A DNA stretch of 64,000 nt from an uncultured Verrucomicrobiota bacterium (GCA_964510645.1 CAZECJ010000001.1:6628-70627), one strand, 5' to 3'; positions 10,383 through 20,404 are shown, counted from the first letter of the stretch. The notes: generated by a model not told the origin, from the sequence alone. A program made the numbers and translations.

Positions 10383-13300
10383 TTTTTCCTCTTGGGGGCC
10401 GGGGCGGCGAGGGGGAGCCGGCAATTCACGGCGGTGCCTTGGTTGCGCGCGCTCTCGATTTCCAGCGTGGCGCCGATCATGCCGGCGCGGTAGCGCATGA
10501 TGTCCAGTCCCAGGCCGGCGTTTTTTTTCTTTTTCGCGGGGATTCCCTTGCCGGAGTCCCGCACGGACAGCAGGAGATTTCCGCGATGTTTCGCCAGGCG
10601 GACGTCGATGCGTTGGGCCTGGGCGTGCTTGGCGGCGTTGGTGACGGCCTCCTGGGCGATGCGGTACAACTGCCCCGCGACGCTCGCGTCGAGCGGCGGG
10701 ACGCTGGCCGGCCCGGCGTAGCGGCAGGCGATGCCGAAGAGTTCCTGGGTGCGGAACGCCAATTCCTGCAGGGCGGCGCCGAGTCCGCCCCGCCTCAGAT
10801 CCGCCAGCAGCAGCCCCTGCGCCAGCGCGTGCGATTGGTCGGCGGCCTTTTCGATCAGGCGGCCCAGTTTCCGGACGGCGGCGGCTTCGGGCTGGCGCCG
10901 GCGGGCCAGATCCTCGCGCACGGCGTCGGCCAGATAGCCGATGGCGGTGAGGGACTGGCCCAGGCTGTCGTGCAGGTCGCGGCCGATGCGCTGGCGCTCG
11001 GCTTCGGCCGCCTGCAGGATTTCCTCCTCCAAGCGCCGGCGTTCGGTGACGTCGCGGATCAGTCCGGCGGCGCGGATGGGACGGCCGCGGCCGTCCCGGA
11101 TCATGGAACCGGAAGATTCGATCCAGCGGATCGAGCCGTCTGGCCAGAGCAGGCGGTAGGTGACGGTCGCGGAGACGCCGTTTTTCATTCCCTTCCGGAA
11201 AGCCTGGACGACGCGGTCCCGGTCTTGGGGATGGATGTGCGCGAACCATCGGGCCGTATCTTTGTCGACGGGCCGTTTCCAGATTCGCTTGAAAGCGGGG
11301 CTGACGTAGAGCACGTTCTGCGTGCGGGCATCGATCAGCCAGAAGGCGTCTTGGACGTTTTCCGCCATCTGGCGGAATTGCTCCTCGCTCTGGGCCAGGG
11401 CTTCCCGGGAGGTTTCCAGTTCCGCCGTGCGTTCCTGGACGCGCCGCTCGAGCTTGTCGCGGGCTTCGCGCAGGGCCTGTTCGGCCCGCTTGCGGTCGGA
11501 CACGTCGCGGATGATGGCCCAGAGGCCGGTGGGCCGGCCCCGGGCGTCGCGGATGAGGCTGCCTTGCAATTCGACCGGCACGCGGGTGCCGTCCTTGCGG
11601 ACGTATTCCTTTTCGAACGGGTTGGAATAGCCGCGGCGGCGCATCTGGGCGACGGCCTTCTTCTCGACGGCCATCCACTCTTTCGGGGTGATGTCGGCGA
11701 GGTGCAGGCGGAGCACTTCCTTCCGGGAATAGCCGACGAGCTTTTCGAAGGCGGGATTGCAGTCGATGAGCCGCCCTTGCAGATCCAGGGCGGCGAAGGA
11801 ATCCCCCATGTTCTCGAAGAGCAGCCGGTACTTGGCTTCCGACTGCCGCAAGGCCGTTTCCGCGCGCTTGCGTTCGGCGATGCCGCGGATGGAAGCCCAC
11901 ATGCCGGCCGGCCGTCCGGCGTCGTCGCGGATCAGGATGGTGCGCAGCTCGACGGGGACGAGCGTGCCGTCCTTGCGGCGATACTCCTTCTCGTAGACGT
12001 CGGAATAGCCGCGCGCCAGGACTTGCTTTTCCAGGATTTGCGCTTCGAGGACCTGCCATTTGCGCGGCGTGAGCCGGCGGTAGTTCATCTTCCGGAGTTC
12101 CGCGGCGGAATAGCCGGTCAGTTTCCGGAAGGCCGGGTTGAAGTCCAGGATGCGGCCCCGCATGTCCGCCGTGGCAAACGCGTCGCGCATGGTCTCGTGC
12201 AGTTGCCGGTATTTGGTTTCCGACAACCGGAGCGCTTCTTCCGTCCGTTTCCGTTCCGTGACGTCGGTGTCGATGCCTTGGTAGCCCAGGAAAGTGCCGT
12301 CGGGGCCGAAGAGGGGGTTGGCGCTGCTGGAGACCCAAACCAGCCGGCCGTCCTGGGCGACGTTGCGGTTTTCAAAGCCGCTGATGGCTTCGCGGCGGGC
12401 CATCCGCGCCCGCCCGAATTTTTTGATCTCCTCGCGGTTTTCCTTGGGCAAAAGGTCGTAGAAATGCAGCCGGCCGGCGATTTCCTCGGGCCGGCGGCCC
12501 AGCACTTCTTCCACCATGGGGCTGACGTAGGTGATGAGGCCCTCCGGGTCCATCTGCCACACGTAGGAACGGCTGGCCTGGGTGCTGGCGGCAAAGCGGG
12601 CCTCGCTTTCGCGCAGGGCTTCTTCGGCGAGTTTCCGGTCGGTGACGTCGATTTCGATGCCGTCCCAGACGAGGTGGCCGTTGGGCAAGCGGCGCGGGGC
12701 GGACGACACGTAGATCCAGCGGATTTCGCCCGTCGGCATGCGGCAGCGGACCTCCGCGCGGAACGGGGTCAGGGTCGCGATCGCGCGGGCTTCGAGTTCG
12801 GCGACCCGGGCTTGGTCTTCCGGGACGATCTGGAGATAGAAGGTTTTTTGATGGCTCAGCGCTTCTTCTGCGGTGACGCCGTGCATCCGCTCGACGCCTT
12901 TGCTGACGGCGAGGAGCCGGCGCTCCCGGCCATCCACGCCGGTATCCATTTGATACACGAGTCCGCCGGGCAGGTTGTCGTTGAGCGTCCGCAGGCGCAG
13001 CTCGCTTTCCCGCAGGGCTTCCTGGGCCTGCTTGCGTTCGGTGACGTCGAAATCGACGCCGCGGTAGCCGAGCAGCGCGCCGTCCGCGTCCAGCAGGGGG
13101 ATGGCATTGGTGGAGACCCACCTCGTGCGGCCATCCTTGGCCACCATGGGATTCTCGAAATCGCGGAATTCGCCGTGCCGCCGCACGACCTCGATCGCGG
13201 CCGCCCTAAATGCTTCGCGGCCTTCGACGGGATGCAGGTCGTAGAAATGCAGGCGTCCGGCGATTTCGTCGGGCCGGTAGCCCAGCACGTCTTCCACGAC

Positions 13301-14686
13301 GGGGGTGACGAACATGTAGAGGCCGTCTGCATCCACCTCCCACACGAAGGCGCGGCTCTGCCGGGCGGTTTGGGCGAACCGGGCTTCGCTTTCCCGCAAC
13401 GCGTCTTCCGCGCGCTTGCGGTCGGTGACGTCGCGGACGCTGCCCCGGTAGCCGCGCAACGTGCCGGCGGGATCGAGCAGCGGCAGGGCGTTGGTGGTGA
13501 CCCAGATTTTGCGGCCGTCCCGGGTCATGCACGGATTTTCGAAATCGAGCAGGGGGGCGTTCTTCCGGAAGACGTCGAAGGCGGCGGCCTTGAAGGCTTC
13601 GCGGTCGCCGGGGGAGAACAGATCGTAGAAGTAGAGCTTGCCGACCACGTCCTCCGGGCGGTAGCCCAGCACGTCGGCCACCTCGGGGCTGACGAACGTG
13701 CAGCGCCCGTCCGCATCCATCTCGAAGACGATCGTGCGGCTCTGCCGGGCCAGTTGGGCGAAGCGGTCTTCGCTTGCGCGGAGAGCGGCCTCGGCTTGCA
13801 CGCGCTTGGAGACGTTGCGCGTGACGCCGTGCGCCTCGAGCCGGCCGGTCCGCTCGTTGCGCACGAGGCGGGCCACGACCTCGGAGGCCACGACGGATCC
13901 GTCCTTGCAGGGCTGGAGCATCTCGTAGGTGACGTAGGTCTCGGTGGTGATCTGCCCGGCCTGGAAGGCGGCGACGGATTGGCGCACGAATTGCTCGAGT
14001 TTTGCGTGCTCCTCCGGCGCCCAGGCGTCCTCGAGCGGCCGGGCGAGGATTTCCGCGGGCGTGTAGCCGCGCAGTTTCTCGACCGAGGGGCTGACGTAGG
14101 TGAAGCGCCGCGCCTCGACGTCCAGGATCCAGATCACGTCTTGCATGCCTTCCGTCAGCATGCGGTAGGTCTGCTCGCTCTCCCGCAGGGCGTCTTCGGC
14201 CCGCTGGCGGTCGGTGACGTCGCGGACGATGGCGACCAGTCGGCCGTCGGGCGCGCGCAAGTCGCCCTGGGCGGCGATGGAGATTTCGAACCAGCGCTCG
14301 CCGTCGGGCGCGGGCAGCGGATAGCGGCTGCCCCGGTGATGGCCGTGCGCCAGCGCGTCCGCGATCGCCCGGTTGACGATGCCGCGCGCCGGTTCGGGCA
14401 GCACGTCGTCCATCGTCCGGCCCAGGAACTGGTCCGGCGGCACGAAGAGCCGTTCGGGATTCGGGGCGTGGTAGTCGAGGATGCGGCCCGCGCGATCCAG
14501 CACGAACAGCAGATCGGGAAGCGCGTCGAGCGTGGCGTTCAGGCGGGCGACCGTTTCGAGCGGGGACGTCTCGTCCGGCCGGGGCGGCGGCGCACAGCCC
14601 GGAGCGGGGAGCGGCTTCGCCCCGTTTTCCCGGCCGCCTGATGTGTTCGCGCCCATGTCCGGACGGTCCGCCTTTCTGGCGCGCAT
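10379..14686 (-). CDS. soluble multi-PAS sensor histidine kinase (about 9 PAS modules + HisKA_3 + HATPase_c)
   Basis: 1435 aa. Nine PAS-like modules are separated by recurring linkers (D/E-R-K-R-A-E-x-A-L-R-E-S-E). The H-box is RIGRDLHDSLGQSL (HisKA_3 type). The ATPase G-boxes are DSGKGIP and GLGLDIM. No hydrophobic TM segment is seen. An alternative start is at 14656. Confidence 0.9.
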   Translation of the reverse strand: MRARKADRPDMGANTSGGRENGAKPLPAPGCAPPPRPDETSPLETVARLNATLDALPDLLFVLDRAGRILDYHAPNPERLFVPPDQFLGRTMDDVLPEPARGIVNRAIADALAHGHHRGSRYPLPAPDGERWFEISIAAQGDLRAPDGRLVAIVRDVTDRQRAEDALRESEQTYRMLTEGMQDVIWILDVEARRFTYVSPSVEKLRGYTPAEILARPLEDAWAPEEHAKLEQFVRQSVAAFQAGQITTETYVTYEMLQPCKDGSVVASEVVARLVRNERTGRLEAHGVTRNVSKRVQAEAALRASEDRFAQLARQSRTIVFEMDADGRCTFVSPEVADVLGYRPEDVVGKLYFYDLFSPGDREAFKAAAFDVFRKNAPLLDFENPCMTRDGRKIWVTTNALPLLDPAGTLRGYRGSVRDVTDRKRAEDALRESEARFAQTARQSRAFVWEVDADGLYMFVTPVVEDVLGYRPDEIAGRLHFYDLHPVEGREAFRAAAIEVVRRHGEFRDFENPMVAKDGRTRWVSTNAIPLLDADGALLGYRGVDFDVTERKQAQEALRESELRLRTLNDNLPGGLVYQMDTGVDGRERRLLAVSKGVERMHGVTAEEALSHQKTFYLQIVPEDQARVAELEARAIATLTPFRAEVRCRMPTGEIRWIYVSSAPRRLPNGHLVWDGIEIDVTDRKLAEEALRESEARFAASTQASRSYVWQMDPEGLITYVSPMVEEVLGRRPEEIAGRLHFYDLLPKENREEIKKFGRARMARREAISGFENRNVAQDGRLVWVSSSANPLFGPDGTFLGYQGIDTDVTERKRTEEALRLSETKYRQLHETMRDAFATADMRGRILDFNPAFRKLTGYSAAELRKMNYRRLTPRKWQVLEAQILEKQVLARGYSDVYEKEYRRKDGTLVPVELRTILIRDDAGRPAGMWASIRGIAERKRAETALRQSEAKYRLLFENMGDSFAALDLQGRLIDCNPAFEKLVGYSRKEVLRLHLADITPKEWMAVEKKAVAQMRRRGYSNPFEKEYVRKDGTRVPVELQGSLIRDARGRPTGLWAIIRDVSDRKRAEQALREARDKLERRVQERTAELETSREALAQSEEQFRQMAENVQDAFWLIDARTQNVLYVSPAFKRIWKRPVDKDTARWFAHIHPQDRDRVVQAFRKGMKNGVSATVTYRLLWPDGSIRWIESSGSMIRDGRGRPIRAAGLIRDVTERRRLEEEILQAAEAERQRIGRDLHDSLGQSLTAIGYLADAVREDLARRRQPEAAAVRKLGRLIEKAADQSHALAQGLLLADLRRGGLGAALQELAFRTQELFGIACRYAGPASVPPLDASVAGQLYRIAQEAVTNAAKHAQAQRIDVRLAKHRGNLLLSVRDSGKGIPAKKKKNAGLGLDIMRYRAGMIGATLEIESARNQGTAVNCRLPLAAPAPKRKK

Positions 14687-14737
14687 TCTACCGCGCCCCG
14701 GGCGGCGCCGTCAATCCGCGCGCCGCGCGAAATCCGA

Positions 14738-14780
14738 TTTTTACGTAGCGTGGAAAACTTTTTTCCACGCTACGTAAAAA
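14738..14780. repeat. REP-like locus B: 43-nt perfect palindrome (20-bp arms, 3-nt centre)
   Basis: TTTTTACGTAGCGTGGAAAA-CTT-TTTTCCACGCTACGTAAAAA. A near-identical copy (1 terminal mismatch) is at 57575..57617. It lies in the intergenic gap between two minus-strand genes. Confidence 0.9.
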
Positions 14781-14810
14781 CCGGTCCCGCCGCGGATCCC
14801 GCGGGGCGGG

Positions 14811-17513
14811 TCAGGGAGCGGCGAAGCGGTGGACGGTCCGGGTTTCGGCCGCGACGAACCACAGCTCTCGGCCGTCCGCGGCGAGGAAGGGGCCGGTCCA
14901 TTTCTTCGCTGCTTCCGCATCGGCGAAGGAGAAGACGCCGCGGAGTTCGCCGCGGATGCCGTGCACGGCCACTTGGTTGGCGTCGCGGGCGAAAATGCGC
15001 ACGCCGTCGAAGACCAGCGGGGCGAAGGGGCAGCAGTCGGTATAGATGCCGTGGAAGGGAACGTCGAAGGAGGAGACGGCGTTTCCGTCGGCATCGAACA
15101 CGTTGATGGATTCTCCCAGGTCTTGGCTGGAAGCCCGGATGGCGACGGAGCCGTCGGGGGCGACGGTGGCCAGGCCGGGCCGTTCCAGCCACTGGCCGTC
15201 CGAGCGGCGCGATATTTTCCGCAGCAAGCTGCCGGCGGCGTCGAACAGCAGAAGGTCGTGCATGCCCGCGATCCACACGTTCGTGCCGTTGGGCTGGAAG
15301 AAGCGCTGCTCGCCGAACAACCGGTCGGTGGGCGGCGTCGGCGACCAGCCGATCCGGGCGAAGTCGGATCCGAACTCCAGGTAATCCTTGGCGGGGAAAT
15401 CCAGCGCGACGAACACATGGCCGTTTGGGGCGAAGGCGAGATGGCTGACGCGGCTGATTTCCTTCAAATCCTCCGGCGCGGGCTGGCAACGGCCCAGCGG
15501 GTTGCCGGCGGCATCGAAGACGTGGATGGCCTTGGTGCGCTCGTCGGCCACGTAGACGCGGTCGCCGGGGCCGACGACGGCCAGGCCGGGGTCGGCCAGC
15601 GCGGCGGGATCGGCGGCGGGGCCGAGGACGAGGCTGGCGCGGTCCTGGGCGTCGAGCCGCATCAGGCTTTGGCCGTCGCAGGTCCACAAGTCGCCTTGGG
15701 GCGAGCGCTTGACGCCGTCGTACACGCGGAACAAGCTGCCGTCCGCGCGGCGGGGCGACGAGGCGCGGCGGATGGTGCCGTCGCCGTTGAGGCACAGCAG
15801 CGTTTCCTTCGCGTTGAAGTCGTAGAGGAGCAAGCCGCCGTCGGCGTCGGCGGCCAGATCGGTGGGATAGTTCGGCTCGCGGTCCCAGATCTTTTTAAAC
15901 TCCACCATGCGCTGGAATCGGCCGCGGTCGTCGAAAAACTGGATGGCATCGCGGGCATCGTCGAGAAGTGCGATTTCGTTGGTGCCATGGAAAACGACAT
16001 CGTCGGGACTGAGAAGTTCGTCGTCTCGGTCGGAGTAGCCTCTGCGATCATCGAGTTCCCATGACAAACGTCCGGACGAATCGAAACACAGCAAACCGTC
16101 GGCCATCGTATTTCGATAGACGTATCTTGCGAGTGCGGCGAATCGCCCGTCGGGCCGTCCGCAGATCGCTTCTGCCGCAGAACAAGCCGCCGTTGCGACG
16201 GGAACGGCGCTGCCGGTTTTGAAGTCCGCGCGATAGAAAAGCGTGGTTCCTCCAATGCCGCCCGACCCGCTGCCGAACACGCAGCATGCATCTCCGATCG
16301 CGGCGGGGCCGGCTATGGGCGGGTGGGGTTTGTCGCCGATCTGCGACAGCGGCAGTTCACGCAGGATTTCGCCCCGTTGCGACAAATATAGCAGGCTTGG
16401 TTGGCCGCGCGGATCCCGGAGCGCGCAGATGTTTCCGCCGGGATCGAAATCGAAGGCCTCGACGCCGGCGAAGGCGTTGGACCCTTCGCCGCCGGCCGCG
16501 GCGAGCGAAATCTCGCCGAGTTTTTCCAGCGCAGCGGTCGCCGGCGGCGGATGGGTGTCGGCGGCCGGCGAGGTCCACTGATATGGAGCGCGGCCGGTTT
16601 CGCGGACTTGCCACTTGCCGGCCTCGGCGGATTCGACGGTATACGAGACGCGTTGGCCGTCGCGGACGTGGTAGAGATCGAAGGTGCGGCCGGGACCGAC
16701 GCCGAGGACGGCGCCGTATTGCCGAACATGGTTGATGAGCGTGTCACCCCATTTTTCCTGACCGGGCATTTCATAGTCCTCGGGCAGCGACAACGCCCAG
16801 ACCGGCTGGCCGGCGGCATCGACCAGGGTGAAATCGCCGCCGCGCTTGGATTTGTCGTAGCGCCACCAGTGGACGAGCACGAGCGGCGTGCCGGGGAGCG
16901 GCCGGACGGCGAGGATCCAGCGGGTCATGTCGGGATCGGGCATGCGGGTTTTCGGTTGCAGCGTCGCGCGGCGTTCGCCGCTGGCCAGGTCGTAGACCCA
17001 CCATTCTTCGCCGTCGGCATATTGATTCGTGCTGTCCACCCGGACGACGAAGTTGGATTGCAGTCCGTCGAAGAACACGTCGAGCGCGAGAGGAACAGGC
17101 GGCGCATCCATGCCGCCGTGTTGGCGGGGATAGACATCTTGGGCGACGAGCGCGCCATCGGACGCGAGGACGACGACGGAGAAATCGCCGAGGCGGTCGT
17201 CGAAATCCTTGAGCGGAAAGCCATCCCATCCGTGGCTGTAGGCGCAGCCCGCCACGGCGCCGGAATCGGAAACGGCGGCGTTCCAGAGCGAGAACGGAAA
17301 GCGGTTAGTCCAGACGGTTTCGCCGTTGCGGGCCAGGCGGTAGTTCGCGGGCCCGCTGCCCATGACGTGGGACGGATCGACGAACAAGGCATATTCGCCC
17401 GAGGTGGACACATGCGAGGTGGGATGCAGGTATTCGATGCGCGCGTTGAAAGCGGTCGCGTGGCGGTTCAGCAGGCCGAGCAGGGCGGCGGCGAGAAGCA
17501 GGGCGTTTTTCAT
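14811..17513 (-). CDS. secreted beta-propeller repeat protein (NHL/YVTN-like blades), function unknown
   Basis: ATG at 17513 gives the signal peptide MKNALLLAAALLGLLNRHATA, and GGAG lies 5 nt upstream. Repeated blade-like motifs are present (GDRVYVADERTKAIHVFDAAGNPLG, IALLDDARDAIQFFDDRGRF, LLLYDFNAKETLLCLNGDG). The 17576 start in the track is TTG. Confidence 0.75.
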   Translation of the reverse strand: MKNALLLAAALLGLLNRHATAFNARIEYLHPTSHVSTSGEYALFVDPSHVMGSGPANYRLARNGETVWTNRFPFSLWNAAVSDSGAVAGCAYSHGWDGFPLKDFDDRLGDFSVVVLASDGALVAQDVYPRQHGGMDAPPVPLALDVFFDGLQSNFVVRVDSTNQYADGEEWWVYDLASGERRATLQPKTRMPDPDMTRWILAVRPLPGTPLVLVHWWRYDKSKRGGDFTLVDAAGQPVWALSLPEDYEMPGQEKWGDTLINHVRQYGAVLGVGPGRTFDLYHVRDGQRVSYTVESAEAGKWQVRETGRAPYQWTSPAADTHPPPATAALEKLGEISLAAAGGEGSNAFAGVEAFDFDPGGNICALRDPRGQPSLLYLSQRGEILRELPLSQIGDKPHPPIAGPAAIGDACCVFGSGSGGIGGTTLFYRADFKTGSAVPVATAACSAAEAICGRPDGRFAALARYVYRNTMADGLLCFDSSGRLSWELDDRRGYSDRDDELLSPDDVVFHGTNEIALLDDARDAIQFFDDRGRFQRMVEFKKIWDREPNYPTDLAADADGGLLLYDFNAKETLLCLNGDGTIRRASSPRRADGSLFRVYDGVKRSPQGDLWTCDGQSLMRLDAQDRASLVLGPAADPAALADPGLAVVGPGDRVYVADERTKAIHVFDAAGNPLGRCQPAPEDLKEISRVSHLAFAPNGHVFVALDFPAKDYLEFGSDFARIGWSPTPPTDRLFGEQRFFQPNGTNVWIAGMHDLLLFDAAGSLLRKISRRSDGQWLERPGLATVAPDGSVAIRASSQDLGESINVFDADGNAVSSFDVPFHGIYTDCCPFAPLVFDGVRIFARDANQVAVHGIRGELRGVFSFADAEAAKKWTGPFLAADGRELWFVAAETRTVHRFAAP

Positions 17514-17621
17514 GCGGCTCCGTGGGAGGGTGGTTCCACGCCGCAAGAGTTTAGCGGAACAAGTGGGCCGGGGCAAGCGCGGGAAGGCGGCCGGACATCC
17601 GCCGGCCGCGGGAGGGCGGGT

Positions 17622-18356
17622 CTATTCGCGGATGACGAAAAGTTTCTCGACCGTCCAGTAGAGGCCTTTGAGGAGGTAGCCGAGGGGGCCGAGGATCTTC
17701 GCGGGGCGCTGCTGGCTGAGGTAGAGATCGAGGACGGCGTAATCGACCCGGCCCTTGAGGGCCTTGATGCGCGCTTCCATGGAATCGACGTCGCCCTGAA
17801 CGCGGTTGAGTTCGGTTTCGATGGCAAGGACGTCTTTGACCTCGGTGGCTTGGTCGAGCAGCTTGCGCAGCCGGTCGCGCAGGACGATCCGGTTTTTCAG
17901 GCGCGCCTCGACGTCGACGTACTGTTCGGTGACGTCTTCGCTTTCGACGCTGCGGGATTGGACCTTGCCGAGGGCTTCCAGCGCGCCGATGGCGTTGGTG
18001 AAGGCCGAGGCCGGAATGCGCAGCTTGAGGGACGTGCCGCCGTAGCTGCTGTCGGAGCGGGATTCGAGGTAGCCGCCGTTCTGTTCCGCGAGGGCCACGG
18101 CGCGAAGGGCGGCGTTGGTGACGTTTGCCACTTCGACGGACAGCGAAGCCTTCCAGGCCAGCATGCGTTCGCGGACGGCGTCGCCGCCCGAGGCGGATTT
18201 GCTGGCGGGCGCGCGGTCGTAGAGCGCCCCGTCGGTTTCCACCATGGCGACTTCGATTTCGGACGCGGCCGCCGAGCGCATTTTCGGGGAGGCGCAGCCG
18301 GCGGCGAGGATCGCAAGGGGAAGAAGCGAGACCAAGGTGCGGGCGATCGCGTTCAT
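17622..18356 (-). CDS. DUF4349-family lipoprotein
   Basis: 244 aa. The lipobox is LAILAAGC. The block SLKLRIPASAFTNAIGALEALGKVQSRSVESEDVTEQYVDVEARLKN....RL..LL, a coiled region and a C-terminal TM match my memory of DUF4349. Confidence 0.78.
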   Translation of the reverse strand: MNAIARTLVSLLPLAILAAGCASPKMRSAAASEIEVAMVETDGALYDRAPASKSASGGDAVRERMLAWKASLSVEVANVTNAALRAVALAEQNGGYLESRSDSSYGGTSLKLRIPASAFTNAIGALEALGKVQSRSVESEDVTEQYVDVEARLKNRIVLRDRLRKLLDQATEVKDVLAIETELNRVQGDVDSMEARIKALKGRVDYAVLDLYLSQQRPAKILGPLGYLLKGLYWTVEKLFVIRE

Positions 18357-18373
18357 GGCGGACTCCTGGGATT

Positions 18374-19177
18374 TCAGAGCTGGTCGAGCAGGCGGTGGAT
18401 GCGGCCGGGGTCGAGGGGATTTTCCCAGTAGCCGTCGCGCTTGAAGTGCGAGCCGACGATGAAGGCGTCGGCGAGGGGCAGGTAGGTCTTGAGGTTGTCG
18501 GCGGTGAGGCCGGAGCCGACGAGGACGGGGATTTTCACCGCGGCATGGACGGCGCGGAGTTCGTCGGCCGACGCGGCCTCGCCGGTGGCGGCGCCGGTCA
18601 GGATGAGGCCGTCGGACAGGAAATACTCGGCGGCGTGCGCGGTCTGGACGATATCGACGTCGGCGGTGACGGCGTGGGCGGAGTGCTTTTTCTTGATGTC
18701 GGTGAAGACGGCGATGGACTCGGCGCCGAGGACCCTGCGGTAGCGCAGGAGGTCGCCGGCGCAGGAATCCATGTAGCCTTCGTCGGCGACGTGGCCGAAG
18801 ACGAAAGCTTCGGCCCGGATGAAGTCGGCGCCGGCGGCCAGCGCGGCGGCGAGGGCCTCGCGGTTGGCGCCGGCGAGGATCTGGAGGCCGAGGGGCAGTT
18901 GCGGCTGGGCGCGCTTGACTTCGCGGGCGACGACGGCCATGGCGGTCGCGATTTCCGGTCCGGGATGCTGCACGTAGGGGACGTCGTGCATGTTCTCGAC
19001 CATGAGGGCGTGGATGCCGCAGGCGCGGTAGGTCTCGGCTTCGGCGAGGGCTTGGTCGAGGATCGGCGCCATGCCGCCGGCGTGTTTCGGCGCGCCGGGC
19101 AGGGCGCGGACGTGGATCATGCCGACGATGGTTTTGGGCCGGTCGCCGAAAAGGCGGGTGAAGGCGGGCGTGCGCAT
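18374..19177 (-). CDS. BtpA/SgcQ-family TIM-barrel protein
   Basis: 267 aa. IVGMIHVRALPGAP...GIHALMVENMHDVPY is the characteristic BtpA-family N-terminal signature. Confidence 0.78.
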   Translation of the reverse strand: MRTPAFTRLFGDRPKTIVGMIHVRALPGAPKHAGGMAPILDQALAEAETYRACGIHALMVENMHDVPYVQHPGPEIATAMAVVAREVKRAQPQLPLGLQILAGANREALAAALAAGADFIRAEAFVFGHVADEGYMDSCAGDLLRYRRVLGAESIAVFTDIKKKHSAHAVTADVDIVQTAHAAEYFLSDGLILTGAATGEAASADELRAVHAAVKIPVLVGSGLTADNLKTYLPLADAFIVGSHFKRDGYWENPLDPGRIHRLLDQL

Positions 19178-19187
19178 GGGCCGGGGG

Positions 19188-20294
19188 TTAGTCCTGGGCT
19201 TCCGCCTTGGCTTTTTTCTTGGGCTTGGCGAGGGGCTTGGCTTCCCAGCCGGTGGAAACGGTGCCGTCGAGGATGCGGCGCTGGAGATCGACGATTTCCT
19301 TCTGCAGGCGCTCGGAGATCTTGTTTTCGAAATCGTGGAAGGGAGCGAGACCGACGCCGTGGTTGGCGAGGTTGCCGACGTAGCGGGTGCCTCCCCAGAA
19401 CTGGTTGTCGAGCGCGGCGGAGACGACCTGATTGACGGCGCGGTCCATGCGCTTGAGGCAGGAGGTCAGGAGGACGTCCTGCTGGTCGACGAGGGTGTTG
19501 TACTGGTCGGTGTCCACGCCGATGGCCCATTTGCCGCGTTCCTTGGCGGCGGCGATGCCGCCGTTGCCGGAGATGGAGCCGACGCCGAAAACCACGTCGG
19601 CCCCGGCGTCGAGCTGCTCGAAGGCGAGCGTCTTGCCGCCCTCGAAATCGTCGAAGGCACCGACGTAGCCGCCGAGGACGCGGACTTTCTTGTTCTTGAT
19701 CTTGTTGTAGTGCTCCGCGCCGTTGCGGAAGCCGACGATGAACTGGTTGACGCTGTCGACGTCCATGCCGCCGATGAAGGCGACGGCGGGGTCCTTGGGA
19801 TCCTGCAGGTCGGCCCAGGCGGCGGCGAGATAGCCGGCGGGGAAGGCGCATTCGTCCGTCTGGAAGGTGAGGGCCCAGACGTTGTGGGGGATTTCCTCGG
19901 AGTCGCCGTCGACGCAGGCGAAGAGCGTGCGGGGATACTCGGCGGCGACGTTCGCGATGGCGGGCGCCATGCGGTAGCCGACGCCGAGGATGAGGCGGTA
20001 GTCGCGCTCGGCGAGGGCCGCGAGCTTGCGCGCGAAATTGAGGGGAGAGACGGGTTCGACGAACTGGACGAAGAGGGGCGCGCCGGAGTACATCAGTTCT
20101 TCGAGGCCTTCGCGGCAATTCTGGCTGAAGGAATTGTCGCTGAAGGTGCCGCCGTCGGAGAGCATGGCGACGCGCATGGGGCCGCGGGGCCGGCTGGGCA
20201 GCTGGGCGGAGGCGGAAACCGCCAGCGCGGCGGCGATTCCAAGGCAGACGAGGCGGTTTTTCATGGCGGGACGTCCTGGCGAGATCGGTTTCAT
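19188..20294 (-). CDS. BMP-family (PnrA/Med-like) ABC-transporter substrate-binding lipoprotein
   Basis: 368 aa. Signal peptide [20 protein letters not shown] (alternative ATG at 20264). The conserved blocks are [16 protein letters not shown] and AIGVDTDQ. Confidence 0.85.
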   Translation of the reverse strand: MKPISPGRPAMKNRLVCLGIAAALAVSASAQLPSRPRGPMRVAMLSDGGTFSDNSFSQNCREGLEELMYSGAPLFVQFVEPVSPLNFARKLAALAERDYRLILGVGYRMAPAIANVAAEYPRTLFACVDGDSEEIPHNVWALTFQTDECAFPAGYLAAAWADLQDPKDPAVAFIGGMDVDSVNQFIVGFRNGAEHYNKIKNKKVRVLGGYVGAFDDFEGGKTLAFEQLDAGADVVFGVGSISGNGGIAAAKERGKWAIGVDTDQYNTLVDQQDVLLTSCLKRMDRAVNQVVSAALDNQFWGGTRYVGNLANHGVGLAPFHDFENKISERLQKEIVDLQRRILDGTVSTGWEAKPLAKPKKKAKAEAQD

Positions 20295-20375
20295 GTCGTC
20301 GAGGCGGAATCATAGGCCGTCGGGGCGGCGAATGCACGGTTTTTTCGGGGGGGGCAAAAAAAATGCACAAGGGGG

Positions 20376-20404
20376 TTGCCAAGGGGCGGAGGGATTGGTA
20401 GGGT
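20376..20404 (+). promoter_or_regulatory. candidate sigma-70-type promoter of rpsL-rpsG with upstream A8 tract
   Basis: TTGCCA (20376..20381), 17 nt, TAGGGT (20399..20404). It lies ~55 nt upstream of the rpsL ATG. An A8 run at 20356..20363 sits where an UP element would be. This is a motif-level call only. Confidence 0.3.

Noticed and set aside
9702-12338. 878-aa minus-strand ORF spanning the response regulator and part of the kinase region.
   Set aside because: Only the last 226 codons (from the ATG at 10382) encode a recognisable REC + LuxR protein. The upstream part is an off-frame read through the histidine kinase gene, and it is Arg/Pro/Gly-rich.
14738-14780. Read the 43-nt palindrome as an intrinsic terminator for the upstream minus-strand gene.
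   Set aside because: The T and A runs are part of the paired arms, so neither strand offers a free U-tail after the stem. The identical element also occurs in a non-terminator context within array D.
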